A DNA stretch of 64,000 nucleotides from Syntrophaceae bacterium (lineage in GTDB: Bacteria > Desulfobacterota > SM23-61), in NCBI GenBank assembly GCA_013388675.1, contig JACAEW010000169.1, positions 115 through 64,114 of the forward strand, in the 5' to 3' direction. Shown in pieces: positions 25,110-34,207 of the stretch. Position numbers and translations under genes: made by a program. Below the pieces are notes generated by a model that saw only the letters and a program-made list of their open reading frames with translations, did no database searches and had not been told where the DNA came from. The number at the start of each line of letters is the position of its first letter. Within the stretch, counting starts at the first letter, position 1.

Positions 25110-26303
25110 ATGTTGAAAGGCAAAAAAATCGTTCTTGGAGTGACGGGGGGGATTGCCGCGTATAAATCGGCCGAGCTCGTCCGGGAACTGGTGCGGTCGG
25201 GGGCCGAAGTATTCGTGGTGATGACTCACGGCGCACAGGCCTTCATTACCCCCCTCACCCTGCAGACCCTGTCGGGCTATAAGGTCGCCACCGACCTTTT
25301 CAGCCTGATCGAGGAGTCGGAAATCGGCCACATCTCCCTGGCCGAGAGGGCCGACATCCTGGTCATCGCTCCGGCCACCGCAAATGTGATCGGGAAGATT
25401 GCCGGGGGAGTTGCCGACGATCTGTTAACCACCGTCGTTATGGCCACCCGAGCACCCGTTCTTCTGGCCCCGGCCATGAATGTGCATATGTGGGAAAACC
25501 CCATCTGCCAGGAAAACATCCTGAAGCTCCGGGGACGAGGGTATCACTTTGTCGACCCTGAAAGCGGGGAACTGGCTTGCGGTTACGAGGGAAAGGGAAG
25601 GCTGGCGGAAATCCCGGCCATCGTGGAGGAAATCCGGGCCATCCTCTCCCCCAAGGACTTTTCGGGAGAAATTCTCCTGGTCACCGCGGGGCCCACGGAG
25701 GAGCCCATCGACCCGGTTCGCTATCTGAGCAACCGATCTTCGGGGAAAATGGGGTTTGCCCTCGCCCGCGCCGCCCGTCTGAGGGGAGCCCGGGTCATCC
25801 TGGTGAGCGGCCCCTCGGCCTTAAAACCACCCTGCGGGGTGAAATTCATTCCGGTCCGGACCGCGGTGGAAATGCGGGAGGCGGTTTTGGAAAACCTGGC
25901 CCAGGCCTCGGCCCTGATTATGGCCGCCGCGGTCTCCGATTACCGTCCCCAGAGAAGCCATGCCGAAAAGATGAAGAAATCCAAGACGGAGCTGAACCTC
26001 CCCTTGGAATTGAACCCGGACATTCTTTTCGAGGCCGGGCAGAGAAAAGGGAAACGGGTCCTCATCGGGTTTGCCGCCGAAACCGAGGACCTGTTGGCCA
26101 ATGCCCGCAAAAAGCTCACGGAAAAAAACCTGGACCTGATCGTGGCCAACGACGTCAATCGTCCGGGGGCGGGCTTCGCGGTGGATACCAACATCGTCAA
26201 GATGATCGACCGTTTCGGTAAGGTGGAGGAGCTTCCCCTCATGAGCAAAGAAGACCTGGCCCATCGCGTGCTCGACCGGGTACTCTCATTGAGGAGCGCA
26301 TGA
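25110..26303 (+). CDS. coaBC: Bifunctional phosphopantothenoylcysteine decarboxylase / phosphopantothenate-cysteine ligase
   Basis: N-terminal flavoprotein domain (ILGVTGGIAAYKS, PAMN). C-terminal CoaB domain (ISNRSSGKMG, AAAVSDYRP). Confidence 0.9.
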   Translation: MLKGKKIVLGVTGGIAAYKSAELVRELVRSGAEVFVVMTHGAQAFITPLTLQTLSGYKVATDLFSLIEESEIGHISLAERADILVIAPATANVIGKIAGGVADDLLTTVVMATRAPVLLAPAMNVHMWENPICQENILKLRGRGYHFVDPESGELACGYEGKGRLAEIPAIVEEIRAILSPKDFSGEILLVTAGPTEEPIDPVRYLSNRSSGKMGFALARAARLRGARVILVSGPSALKPPCGVKFIPVRTAVEMREAVLENLAQASALIMAAAVSDYRPQRSHAEKMKKSKTELNLPLELNPDILFEAGQRKGKRVLIGFAAETEDLLANARKKLTEKNLDLIVANDVNRPGAGFAVDTNIVKMIDRFGKVEELPLMSKEDLAHRVLDRVLSLRSA

Positions 26304-27037
26304 ATTTCAGGATTCAGACCCCGGCCCTGGACCAGCCGGACTTTCTTCTCCATCTCAGGGCCCTGGTTGCCGGTCTCCGGCACTACCTGGAGGAGGAAAG
26401 AGCCTTGGGATTCGAGGGCTGGACCAAGAAGTCGGCCCCTTCTCCCCCCATGGCTCCCCCGGGCTCTCAGGGCCCGGTCGTTTCTCCCCTGAGCCTGGAG
26501 GAGGTTCGGAGGGAATTGGGAGACTGCCGCAGGTGCAAGCTCCATTCGGGCCGGACGAATATTGTCTTCGGCACGGGAAACCCCAAGGCCAAGCTGGTCT
26601 TCGTGGGGGAAGGCCCGGGCCGGGATGAAGACCTGCAGGGGAAACCATTCGTCGGACAGGCCGGGCAGCTCCTCACCAAAATCATCCAGGCCATTCAGCT
26701 CACCCGGGAAGAGGTGTACATTGCCAATATCATCAAATGCCGCCCCCCCGGGAACCGGAACCCGGAGCCGGATGAAATCCAGGCCTGCGAGCCCTTTCTG
26801 ATCAAACAGCTCGAGGTCATCCGGCCCAAGCTGATTTGCGCCCTGGGAACGTTTGCGGCGCAAACGCTGCTCGAAACCGGAGAAAAAATCTCCCTTCTTC
26901 GGGGAAGATTCCACCAATACCAGGGAATCCCGATCATGCCCACCTACCATCCGGCTTACCTCCTGCGCAACCCCCATTTTAAAAGGGATGTGTGGGAAGA
27001 TATGAAGAAGATTAAGAAAGAATACGAACAGCTATGA
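26300..27037 (+). CDS. Uracil-DNA glycosylase, family 4
   Basis: CRRCKLHSGRTNIVFGTGNPKAKLVFVGEGPGRDEDLQGKPFVGQAGQLL and the HPAYLLR motif. Overlaps the coaBC stop by 4 nt. Confidence 0.85.
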   Translation: MNFRIQTPALDQPDFLLHLRALVAGLRHYLEEERALGFEGWTKKSAPSPPMAPPGSQGPVVSPLSLEEVRRELGDCRRCKLHSGRTNIVFGTGNPKAKLVFVGEGPGRDEDLQGKPFVGQAGQLLTKIIQAIQLTREEVYIANIIKCRPPGNRNPEPDEIQACEPFLIKQLEVIRPKLICALGTFAAQTLLETGEKISLLRGRFHQYQGIPIMPTYHPAYLLRNPHFKRDVWEDMKKIKKEYEQL

Positions 27038-27074
27038 ATTTCTCCGCTCCGGCGGATCCAAGGGAGTTTCACTA

Positions 27075-28382
27075 ATGGGTAAGAGGTCTTTCTGCGCTTT
27101 CTTTTTTCTGGGGCTTTTTCTCGCCGGCGTTCTTTGCTCTCTGCTGCCCGGGTTTCTTCCGGCCCAGGAAAAGCAGGTCAACATCCTAAAGATCAACGAC
27201 GCCATCACCCCGGCGATCGCGGATTTTATTAGACGGGGCATCGAACAGTCGGTCAAAGACCGGGCGGAGTGCTTGATCATCCAGATGGATACCCCCGGGG
27301 GGCTCGACCTCTCCATGAGGGATATCATCAAGGATATGATGAACGCCGACATTCCCATCGTGGTCTATGTGGCCCCCAGCGGAGCGAGGGCGGCATCGGC
27401 CGGCGTTTTCATCACCCTGGCGTCCGACATCGCGGTCATGGCTCCCGGCACGAATATCGGGGCCGCCCACCCGGTCGCCATGGGGGGAGGAAAGATGGAC
27501 CGGACCATGGCCGAAAAAGTGGTGAACGACGCCGTGGCCTACATCGAATCCATCGCCGAAAAAAAAGGAAGAAACGTGAAGTGGGCGGCCAAGGCCGTGC
27601 GGGAGAGCGTTTCCATCACCGAGACCGAAGCCCTGAAGATCAAGATTATCGATCTCATCGCCAAAGACGTGGATGACTTGCTGGCGAAAATCGACGGCAA
27701 AACCGTGGAAAAGCCCAAGGGCAAGATCAAGTTGGCCACCAAGGGTTTGAAGACCGCCGTGGTCGAGATGGGCTTCCGGGAAAGCTTCCTGGCGACCCTG
27801 AGCAACCCCAACATCGCCTACATTCTCATGATGATCGGCCTGGTGGGGCTCTATTTCGAGCTCTCCAATCCGGGGGCCATCTTCCCGGGGGTCATCGGAG
27901 GAATCTGCCTGATCCTGGCTTTCTTCGCCTTCCGGACTCTCCCGGTCAACTATGCGGGGGTGTTGCTGATTCTATTGGGGGTCTTTCTATTTATCGCCGA
28001 GCTGAAGGTGGCCAGTTATGGACTCCTTTCCGTGGGGGGAATCATCTCCCTGGCCTTGGGCTCGATCATGCTCTTTGATTCCCCCCTTCCCTATCTGCGG
28101 GCCTCCCTGGCGGTCATTCTCCCCACAGTTCTGGTAACGGCGGCTTTTTTCATTCTGGCCGTGGGTTTTACGATCAAAGCCTACCGGGCGAAGCCGGCCA
28201 CGGGAGCGGAGGGTCTGGCGGGGGAGGCGGGAAAGGCCGCCACGCGCATCGCGCCGGAGGGCAAGGTCTTCGTCCACGGGGAGTTCTGGAATGCTTACAG
28301 CGACAAGACCATCGAAGAGGGGGAGAAGATCCGAGTGGTCAAGGCGGAAAATCTCCGGCTGAAGGTGGAAAAGCTCACCTAA
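27075..28382 (+). CDS. NfeD-family membrane-bound serine protease (ClpP-class)
   Basis: N-terminal ClpP-like domain (ARAASAGVFI), central TM bundle, and C-terminal NfeD OB-fold (GKVFVHGEFWNAYSD). Followed by an SPFH gene. Confidence 0.8.
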   Translation: MGKRSFCAFFFLGLFLAGVLCSLLPGFLPAQEKQVNILKINDAITPAIADFIRRGIEQSVKDRAECLIIQMDTPGGLDLSMRDIIKDMMNADIPIVVYVAPSGARAASAGVFITLASDIAVMAPGTNIGAAHPVAMGGGKMDRTMAEKVVNDAVAYIESIAEKKGRNVKWAAKAVRESVSITETEALKIKIIDLIAKDVDDLLAKIDGKTVEKPKGKIKLATKGLKTAVVEMGFRESFLATLSNPNIAYILMMIGLVGLYFELSNPGAIFPGVIGGICLILAFFAFRTLPVNYAGVLLILLGVFLFIAELKVASYGLLSVGGIISLALGSIMLFDSPLPYLRASLAVILPTVLVTAAFFILAVGFTIKAYRAKPATGAEGLAGEAGKAATRIAPEGKVFVHGEFWNAYSDKTIEEGEKIRVVKAENLRLKVEKLT

Positions 28383-28475
28383 ACAGGCTAGAATATCCGC
28401 CGGTAGCAGAACCAAACTTTTTGAGCATCTTTTTGCGGCGGCATGATCGGTTATAAATTACAACAGGAGGGTACA

Positions 28476-29294
28476 ATGATTCCATCTCTTTCGTTTTTAG
28501 TCCTGGTGATTCTGATCCTCATGATCCTGGCCAGCGCGCTGCGGATCCTCAACGAGTACGAGCGGGGGGTCATCTTCCGCCTGGGCCGCATCCGCACCGT
28601 GGGAGGAACCCCCACCCCCAAGGGCCCGGGCTTGATTTTCCTCATTCCCGTGGTGGACAAACTGGTCAAAGTCAGCCTGCGGACGGTGACCATGGACGTG
28701 GCCCCCCAGGACGTTATCACCCGGGACAACATCTCCATCAAGGTGAACGCGGTCATCTACTTCCGGGTCATGGACCCCATCCGGGCGGTCATCGAGATTG
28801 AAAACTACCTTTACGGAACTTCTCAGCTGGCTCAGACCACCCTCCGTTCGGTATGCGGCCAGGTGGAACTGGACGACCTTCTCTACCAGCGGGAAAAAAT
28901 CAACCTTCAACTCCAGGAGATTCTGGATAAGCATACCGATCCCTGGGGAGTCAAGGTAACCGCCGTGGAAGTAAAGGCCATCGACCTGCCCGAAGAGATG
29001 CGTCGGGCCATGGCCAAGCAGGCCGAGGCCGAGCGTGAACGGCGGTCCAAGGTCATCCGTGCGGAAGGCGAGTTCCAAGCCGCGGAGAGATTGAAGGACG
29101 CCGCGGTGATCATCGCCGTCCATCCCATGGCTCTGACCCTGCGCTACCTTCAGACCCTGACCGAAGTGGCCACGGATAAGAACTCTACCACCATTTTCCC
29201 CATCCCTATCGACCTGATCAAGCCTTTCTTAAAGCTGGCCGAGCGGGCGGAAATGAACGCGGAGCGGGTGGAAAAGGGCAAGGAAACGAGCTAG
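28476..29294 (+). CDS. SPFH/band-7 (stomatin-like) protein
   Basis: [17 protein letters not shown] and later an A/E-rich coiled coil ([13 protein letters not shown]). Start set to ATG 28476, after AGGAGGG. Confidence 0.85.
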   Translation: MIPSLSFLVLVILILMILASALRILNEYERGVIFRLGRIRTVGGTPTPKGPGLIFLIPVVDKLVKVSLRTVTMDVAPQDVITRDNISIKVNAVIYFRVMDPIRAVIEIENYLYGTSQLAQTTLRSVCGQVELDDLLYQREKINLQLQEILDKHTDPWGVKVTAVEVKAIDLPEEMRRAMAKQAEAERERRSKVIRAEGEFQAAERLKDAAVIIAVHPMALTLRYLQTLTEVATDKNSTTIFPIPIDLIKPFLKLAERAEMNAERVEKGKETS

Positions 29295-29325
29295 ACACCA
29301 GCCTCCCAGCATCAGCGAAGGAAAA

Positions 29326-29362
29326 GGATGGGGCTCAGAGAATTGCGCCCCATCCTAATTTT
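29326..29362 (+). terminator. Rho-independent terminator of the nfeD-SPFH operon, with its T-tract interrupted by the MITE
   Basis: ggatggggc-loop-gccccatcc followed by taatttt. The uninterrupted run ctaatttttt reappears at the far end of the insertion (29719-29728). Confidence 0.5.
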
Positions 29363-29718
29363 GGGTCTTCTCCCAATCGAGTGGGTGCTTGAGGAAGATT
29401 TTGAGCTTCCCGGGTCTACCCCTGCCGAAAGAGAGTTGGCCGGGCCCAGGGCGGCATCCCGCCCGGGGCAGGACATCCTGAGGCAGCGGTTCTTCCATCG
29501 GGTCGCGTCGGAAATGAATTAGGTTGTCCCTGTTTAAGCTGGGATTGCGTTTTAGGCGAAGGGTTCGGGGACCGGTGCCTTGCGGAGGCCGGGCCAGCGC
29601 TCCGGGACTCCGGATTTTTCCTGCCGAGGCTGTCCCGCCCCGGACGGGATGCCCACCTGGGGGCCTGTGCGATGGAGTCGTTTTCTCCCTTCTTACCCAC
29701 TCGATTGGGAGAAGACCC
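29363..29718. mobile_element. 356-bp MITE-like non-autonomous element
   Basis: Perfect 24-bp terminal inverted repeats: GGGTCTTCTCCCAATCGAGTGGGT (29363-29386) and ACCCACTCGATTGGGAGAAGACCC (29695-29718). Flanked by the direct repeat CTAATTTT (29355-29362 and 29719-29726). The interior arms are also inverted copies (ggcatcccgcccggggcaggaca vs tgtcccgccccggacgggatgcc). No convincing ORF. Confidence 0.6.
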
Positions 29719-29911
29719 CTAATTTTTTATGACTCCTTCTTTTGATTTATTTCAACCGCAGAGCCCCCAGAGAACGCCGGCATAAGCCAACAAATCGGCC
29801 CCGAAAGCCGGAAGGAATAACCGCCTTTGAATTCGTTCCCCCCGTTTTCATCGGCAGTATTGTTTTTTCCCGGTTCGACCTTTTTCGATTGAAAGCATCT
29901 TTCCGCGTCCC

Positions 29912-31126
29912 TTGCAACCCCTGTGGCGGAAGTCTTTTGTGGAACCCTGGAAACGAAATCTATACAGCCTTTGGGCGGTCGAGTTCCTGGCCGTTCTGGG
30001 AATGGCCTTGGTCCTTCCCTTTCTACCGTTTTACATCCGGGAACTGGGAGCGGGGGACCTGGAAGAGGTGAAAAGGTGGAGCGGCCTGATTTACGCCGCC
30101 CCCTTTCTTTTGGCCGTTTTTACGGGTCCCCTTTGGGGTTGGGTGGGAGACCGCTACGGCCGGAGGATGATGCTCATCCGGGCCATCTTCGGCTTTGCCG
30201 CTACCTCCTTTCTAATGGCCTTCGCCCAGACCGTTACCCAGCTTTTCCTCTTTCGCCTCGTCCAGGGCGGAGTAGCCGGGTTTATCGCGGCTACCCTGGC
30301 CATCGTGGCTACGACCACCCCACGGGAACAAATGGGTTATGCCATGGGAATCCTCCAGACCTCCCTGACGACCGGGGGGATCATCGGGCCCCTCGTGGGC
30401 GGATTCCTGGCCGACCTGATCGGATACCGAAATATTTTTTTTCTCACCGGCGGGTTGGGTTTCCTGGCCGGGATCCTGGTGATTCTCCTGGTTCAAGAAG
30501 ACGGGAAACCCGGAGAAAAAAGGAAATCCTTGGGGCTTTTTTCCAATTACCGTTTCGTCTTCACCTCCCCCATCCTTTCTACGATTTTCGTCGCCAGCCT
30601 GCTCGTCCAGTTGGCCATTATGGGCATTCAGCCGATCCTTTCTCTTTTCGTAGAAAGCCTTTGGTCGAAGGCCGAGAATGTATCCACCATGGCCGGGTTC
30701 GTTTTCGGGGTGACCGGATTTGCCAGCCTGATCGCGGCCCCCTATTGGGGAAAGCGGGGGGACCGGATCGGGTATAGAAAGACGCTCATCATGACCTCCC
30801 TGGCCACGGGAATCTCCTACCTTCCCCAGGGGTGGGCCACCGATGTGTACCAGCTTTTGATCCTCCGTTTTGTCCAGGGCCTCTTTGTGGGCGGCATCCT
30901 TCCCGCCCTTTACACTTTAACCACGCTCAATGCGCCCGATGAGCGCCGGGGGGGTATTCTGGGGATCACCCGGAGCGGTTTGTTGATCGGCAACGCGGCA
31001 GGGCCTATCTCCGGCGGGTTTTTGGCCGCTTCGGTGGGTATGCGCCCGATCTTTTATTTCACCGCGGCCCTGCTCATCCTCGTCACCCTGGGGGCCAACA
31101 GGCTTCTAAAGGACCCCCCCAATTGA
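29912..31126 (+). CDS. MFS transporter
   Basis: 404-aa protein with 12 predicted TM segments. MFS loop motif GWVGDRYGRRMMLI. TTG start. Confidence 0.75.
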   Translation: MQPLWRKSFVEPWKRNLYSLWAVEFLAVLGMALVLPFLPFYIRELGAGDLEEVKRWSGLIYAAPFLLAVFTGPLWGWVGDRYGRRMMLIRAIFGFAATSFLMAFAQTVTQLFLFRLVQGGVAGFIAATLAIVATTTPREQMGYAMGILQTSLTTGGIIGPLVGGFLADLIGYRNIFFLTGGLGFLAGILVILLVQEDGKPGEKRKSLGLFSNYRFVFTSPILSTIFVASLLVQLAIMGIQPILSLFVESLWSKAENVSTMAGFVFGVTGFASLIAAPYWGKRGDRIGYRKTLIMTSLATGISYLPQGWATDVYQLLILRFVQGLFVGGILPALYTLTTLNAPDERRGGILGITRSGLLIGNAAGPISGGFLAASVGMRPIFYFTAALLILVTLGANRLLKDPPN

Positions 31127-31286
31127 AAGGGGGATAAACCGGTAGGGACCTTTCGCCGGGGCGGGAAAAGGCGATTTCTCCCGGGGGCAAAAGGAAAGGA
31201 TAAGTTCGAAGGACCTCTTCGAAATGCGGTATAATAAAAGGTGACTTTAACCCCGCACCTCGCACCCCTGGCCCTGAACCTTTTTT

Positions 31287-32159
31287 ATGATTGACCTGCA
31301 TATCCACACCAACGCCTCCTCCGACGGGCAGTATTCTGCGCGGGAGGTCTTCCAGATGGCCAGGCACAAAGGCCTGCAGGCCATCGCCTTCGCCGATCAC
31401 AATTCCCTGCGAAACGTGGAAGAGGGGATTCGCCTGGCCGAGGAATTCGGCATGGGATTCATCCCCTGCATGGAACTGAACACTCTTTTTCGGGGTATGG
31501 ACCTCCACCTTCTGGCCTACTTCCTGGATCCCGCTGATTCCATCCTCCAGGATTGGTTGGAAGAGATTCACCGGGAAAAAGTGCAGCAGGCGGGCAAGCG
31601 AATGGAGAAACTGAACGAGTTGGGTTTCTTCTTCACCACAGAGGATTTGCGGAAATTTTCTGAAGACCGGATTCCCACCGGTCGGTCCTATTTGCAGGCC
31701 ATCCTCAGCCGGGATGAAAACCGCAAGGACCCGCGCCTGCGCCCGTACATCGACGGAGACCGGTCCCGTTCTCCTTATGTGAATTTCTACCGGGACTACC
31801 TCCGGGGAGGGAAACCGGCCTTCGTCCCCATGGAGGATATCTCCACCCCCTCGGCCATCCGTAAGATTCGCCAGCTGGGGGCCATCCCCGTTCTCGCCCA
31901 TCCCTCGGATACGGGCGAAGACAACCTTCGGGCTCTCGTGGAACACGGATTGGAAGGCCTCGAAGCCTATTCTCCCTACCACACCCCTTCGGAGCAGGAG
32001 GCCTTCAGGGTTTTCGCCGAGCGTCACGGTCTCTTGGTGACCGCCGGGTCGGATTTCCACGGGGAAAAAATCAAGCCGGATATCGAGCTGGGGCAGGTTT
32101 CGGCCCATCCCCAAGATGTCCTTGAAAAGTTGAAAAAGAGAAGGAAGGATACCCGATGA
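31287..32159 (+). CDS. PHP-domain phosphoesterase (TrpH/YciV, RNase AM-like)
   Basis: MIDLHIHTNASSDG, AFADHNS, later HP and SDFHG metal-ligand motifs of the PHP fold. Confidence 0.8.
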   Translation: MIDLHIHTNASSDGQYSAREVFQMARHKGLQAIAFADHNSLRNVEEGIRLAEEFGMGFIPCMELNTLFRGMDLHLLAYFLDPADSILQDWLEEIHREKVQQAGKRMEKLNELGFFFTTEDLRKFSEDRIPTGRSYLQAILSRDENRKDPRLRPYIDGDRSRSPYVNFYRDYLRGGKPAFVPMEDISTPSAIRKIRQLGAIPVLAHPSDTGEDNLRALVEHGLEGLEAYSPYHTPSEQEAFRVFAERHGLLVTAGSDFHGEKIKPDIELGQVSAHPQDVLEKLKKRRKDTR

Positions 32160-32800
32160 AAGCAAACAAAGTCCGCGGGGTCGTTTTCGACCTGGACGGA
32201 ACCCTCATCGATTCTTATCAGGCCATTTACCTGGGATTCCACTATGTTTATACGACGATAGGGCTTCCCCCTCTATCCTACGAGGAGGTGGAAAGGGCCG
32301 TGGGCCTGGGATTGGGCCATACCTTTCGGGAACTCCTGGGGGAAGAAAGGGTCCCCCAGGCCCTGGCCCTTTTCCGCAAGAGATACGAAGAGGTTTTCCG
32401 CACCCATACCCGTTTGCTCCCCGATGCCCGCGAAGTCCTGCAAGGCCTCCAGGGCCGGGCGATTCAACTGGCCGTGGCTACCAATAAGCTCGGCCGGTTT
32501 TCCCGGGCGATTTTCGAGCACTTCGGCATGGAAAAGATGTTTGCCGTTATCGTAGGGGACGGGGATGTTTCTCGGAACAAACCCGATCCCGAAATGCTTT
32601 ACCTGGCCATGGACAAGATGGGAGTGGGAAAGGAGGAAACCATCTTTGTCGGCGATTCCGTAATTGACATCCAGACGGGGAAAAATGCGGGAATCCGGGT
32701 TTTCGCGGTTCCCACCGGCAATACCAGGCGGGACGATTTGGTCAAGGCCCAACCCACCGTGCTTATGAGTCGCCTTCTGGACCTCCTGACCTTGGTTTGA
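32156..32800 (+). CDS. HAD-superfamily hydrolase (phosphoglycolate phosphatase-like)
   Basis: FDLDGTLIDS (motif I), ATNK (motif II region), and VGDSVIDIQTGKNAG (motif III/IV). Start overlaps the PHP stop (ATGA). Confidence 0.8.
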   Translation: MKANKVRGVVFDLDGTLIDSYQAIYLGFHYVYTTIGLPPLSYEEVERAVGLGLGHTFRELLGEERVPQALALFRKRYEEVFRTHTRLLPDAREVLQGLQGRAIQLAVATNKLGRFSRAIFEHFGMEKMFAVIVGDGDVSRNKPDPEMLYLAMDKMGVGKEETIFVGDSVIDIQTGKNAGIRVFAVPTGNTRRDDLVKAQPTVLMSRLLDLLTLV

Positions 32801-32849
32801 CCCAAGGGCTTCCTGGGAAACGGCTCGGGAAGCGCCGGTAAAAAGGCCG

Positions 32850-32879
32850 TTGCACAACCTTCCCTTGCGGGAGTACAAT
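32850..32879 (+). promoter_or_regulatory. Sigma70-like promoter for the eRF1-like / RCK_C pair
   Basis: TTGCAC (32850-32855), 18-nt spacer, TACAAT (32874-32879). About 130 nt upstream of ATG 33010, which is itself preceded by AAGGAGG. Confidence 0.4.
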
Positions 32880-33009
32880 CGGGGACAGGAAAGCTCTTCA
32901 TAATCAGGGGGGATAAGCCAGCCGACCCAATTCCACCAAAGAAGGGGGGGAAAAGTCTCTCGGCATACAAGGGGGATACACTTCATTCTCTGAAAAGGAG
33001 GACAGCAGG

Positions 33010-34155
33010 ATGCCTCTCGATGAATTTGTTCAGAGCCTGGTGAAGGTTAATCCTGGAAAGAATTCCTTCCTTTCGACTTACCTGGATTTGCGCCCGGAAG
33101 GAAGGGGTAAAAAGCTTCATTCCATTTTTCTCAAGAACCGAATGTCCGAACTCGCCCAGATTTTTCCTGCTCATTCCCGTGAGCAGGCCCTCCTCGCCCG
33201 GGATATCAAGCGGGTTCAAAAGTACGTGGAAGAAAAGCTGGATCCCTCCTGGAAGGGGATTGCCCTTTTTGCCTGTGCCGCCGAAGATTTTTTCTTGCCG
33301 ATCCCTTTGCCCCTGCCCCCGGAAAACGAAATGGCCCTGTCCTCTCGGCCGCATCTTTTCTCGCTGATGGGCCAGGCGGATCTGTTCCGGCCCTATGCGA
33401 TTATCGCCGCCGATTCCCGCCAGGCCCGCCTTTTCTGGATTCAGGACGGTCGCTTGGCGAAACAAAGGTCCCTTGTTTGGGAAGAGGAGCACACCACCCG
33501 GTTCGGCCGGATGGGCCTCTCCCTGCAGAAATTCCAGCGCCACATCCAGGAACATACCCGGCAGCGAATGAAGGAGGCTGTCGAGAATCTCCTCAAATGG
33601 GCCGGCAGGGATAAAATGGAATACCTTTTTACCATCACCGAGGAGGGAATGGAGGGGGAGATGAAAAAGCATCTGCCCCTCTCCCTGAAAAAGAAGCAGG
33701 CATCCCTTTCCCGGGTGGATTCCCGCGACCCGGACCATAAAATCCTTTCTGCAGCCTTCGAGGCGATTCAGGCCCTCTCCCGCGAACGGGCTGAAAGCCT
33801 GGCCCGTCAACTTCTCGAGGAGGCCCAGCCCTTGGGAAAGGCCACCGCAGGCCCGGAACCGACCTTGAGCGCCCTGCAGAGTCATCAGGTAGAACGCCTG
33901 GTTTTAGACCGGCGTTTCCAAGCCGAAGGCTGGGAATGTAAGTCCTGCGGGTACCAGGGGACGGGAGGAGTGCCCAAGGCCTGCCCCCTGTGCCAGGGAG
34001 CCACTGCCCCGGCGGAACTGCGGGAGGCGGTGGTTTACCTGGGGCAAACCCAGGAGATCGACCTTGCTTTTACGGATAACTATCGCCCGCTGGTAAAGGC
34101 CGGGGGAATCGGCGCCATGCTGAAGTTCCATATTTCGGGAAAAAAGGGGCGATGA
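33010..34155 (+). CDS. Bacterial eRF1/Pelota-like (baeRF-type) protein with zinc-ribbon insertion
   Basis: RFGRMGLSLQKFQRH aligns by eye with the eRF1 loop HGRGGQSALRFARL (GGQ becomes MGL). The C-terminal GGIGAMLKF resembles the eRF1/Pelota ending GGIGxxLRY. GKATAGPEPTLSALQSHQVERLVLD resembles a domain-3 start. CKSCGYQ...CPLCQG forms an inserted knuckle pair. Confidence 0.6.
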   Translation: MPLDEFVQSLVKVNPGKNSFLSTYLDLRPEGRGKKLHSIFLKNRMSELAQIFPAHSREQALLARDIKRVQKYVEEKLDPSWKGIALFACAAEDFFLPIPLPLPPENEMALSSRPHLFSLMGQADLFRPYAIIAADSRQARLFWIQDGRLAKQRSLVWEEEHTTRFGRMGLSLQKFQRHIQEHTRQRMKEAVENLLKWAGRDKMEYLFTITEEGMEGEMKKHLPLSLKKKQASLSRVDSRDPDHKILSAAFEAIQALSRERAESLARQLLEEAQPLGKATAGPEPTLSALQSHQVERLVLDRRFQAEGWECKSCGYQGTGGVPKACPLCQGATAPAELREAVVYLGQTQEIDLAFTDNYRPLVKAGGIGAMLKFHISGKKGR

Positions 34156-34207
34156 CACCGACGAAATCATGGACCCGCCGGTTCACACCATTCGATAGGA
34201 GGAAGGG

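Noticed and set aside
29363-29718. Whether the highly structured 356-nt region bounded by long-range complementary ends is a housekeeping ncRNA (RNase P RNA, tmRNA or 6S RNA).
   Set aside because: On neither strand could I find the RNase P P4 signature (GGAAAGUCCGG... / ACAGAACCCGGCUUA). Nor could I find a tmRNA 5-prime GGGG...UUCGACG segment with an alanine-rich tag ORF and tRNA-like 3-prime end. It is about twice the length of 6S RNA. Perfect 24-bp termini plus an 8-bp flanking duplication inside a terminator T-tract fit a MITE better. A cmsearch against Rfam would settle it.
25940-33885. Long minus-strand ORFs 25940..26977, 31083..32165, 32273..32986 and 32983..33885.
   Set aside because: They are antisense to coaBC/udg, PHP, HAD and the eRF1-like gene, and have the same low-complexity shadow-ORF character. 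Other examples were rejected for the same reason: 18085..18972, 41994..43145, 49488..50132, 50568..51248, 51440..52324, 55073..55975, 59558..60256, 61693..62562 and 63113..63796.
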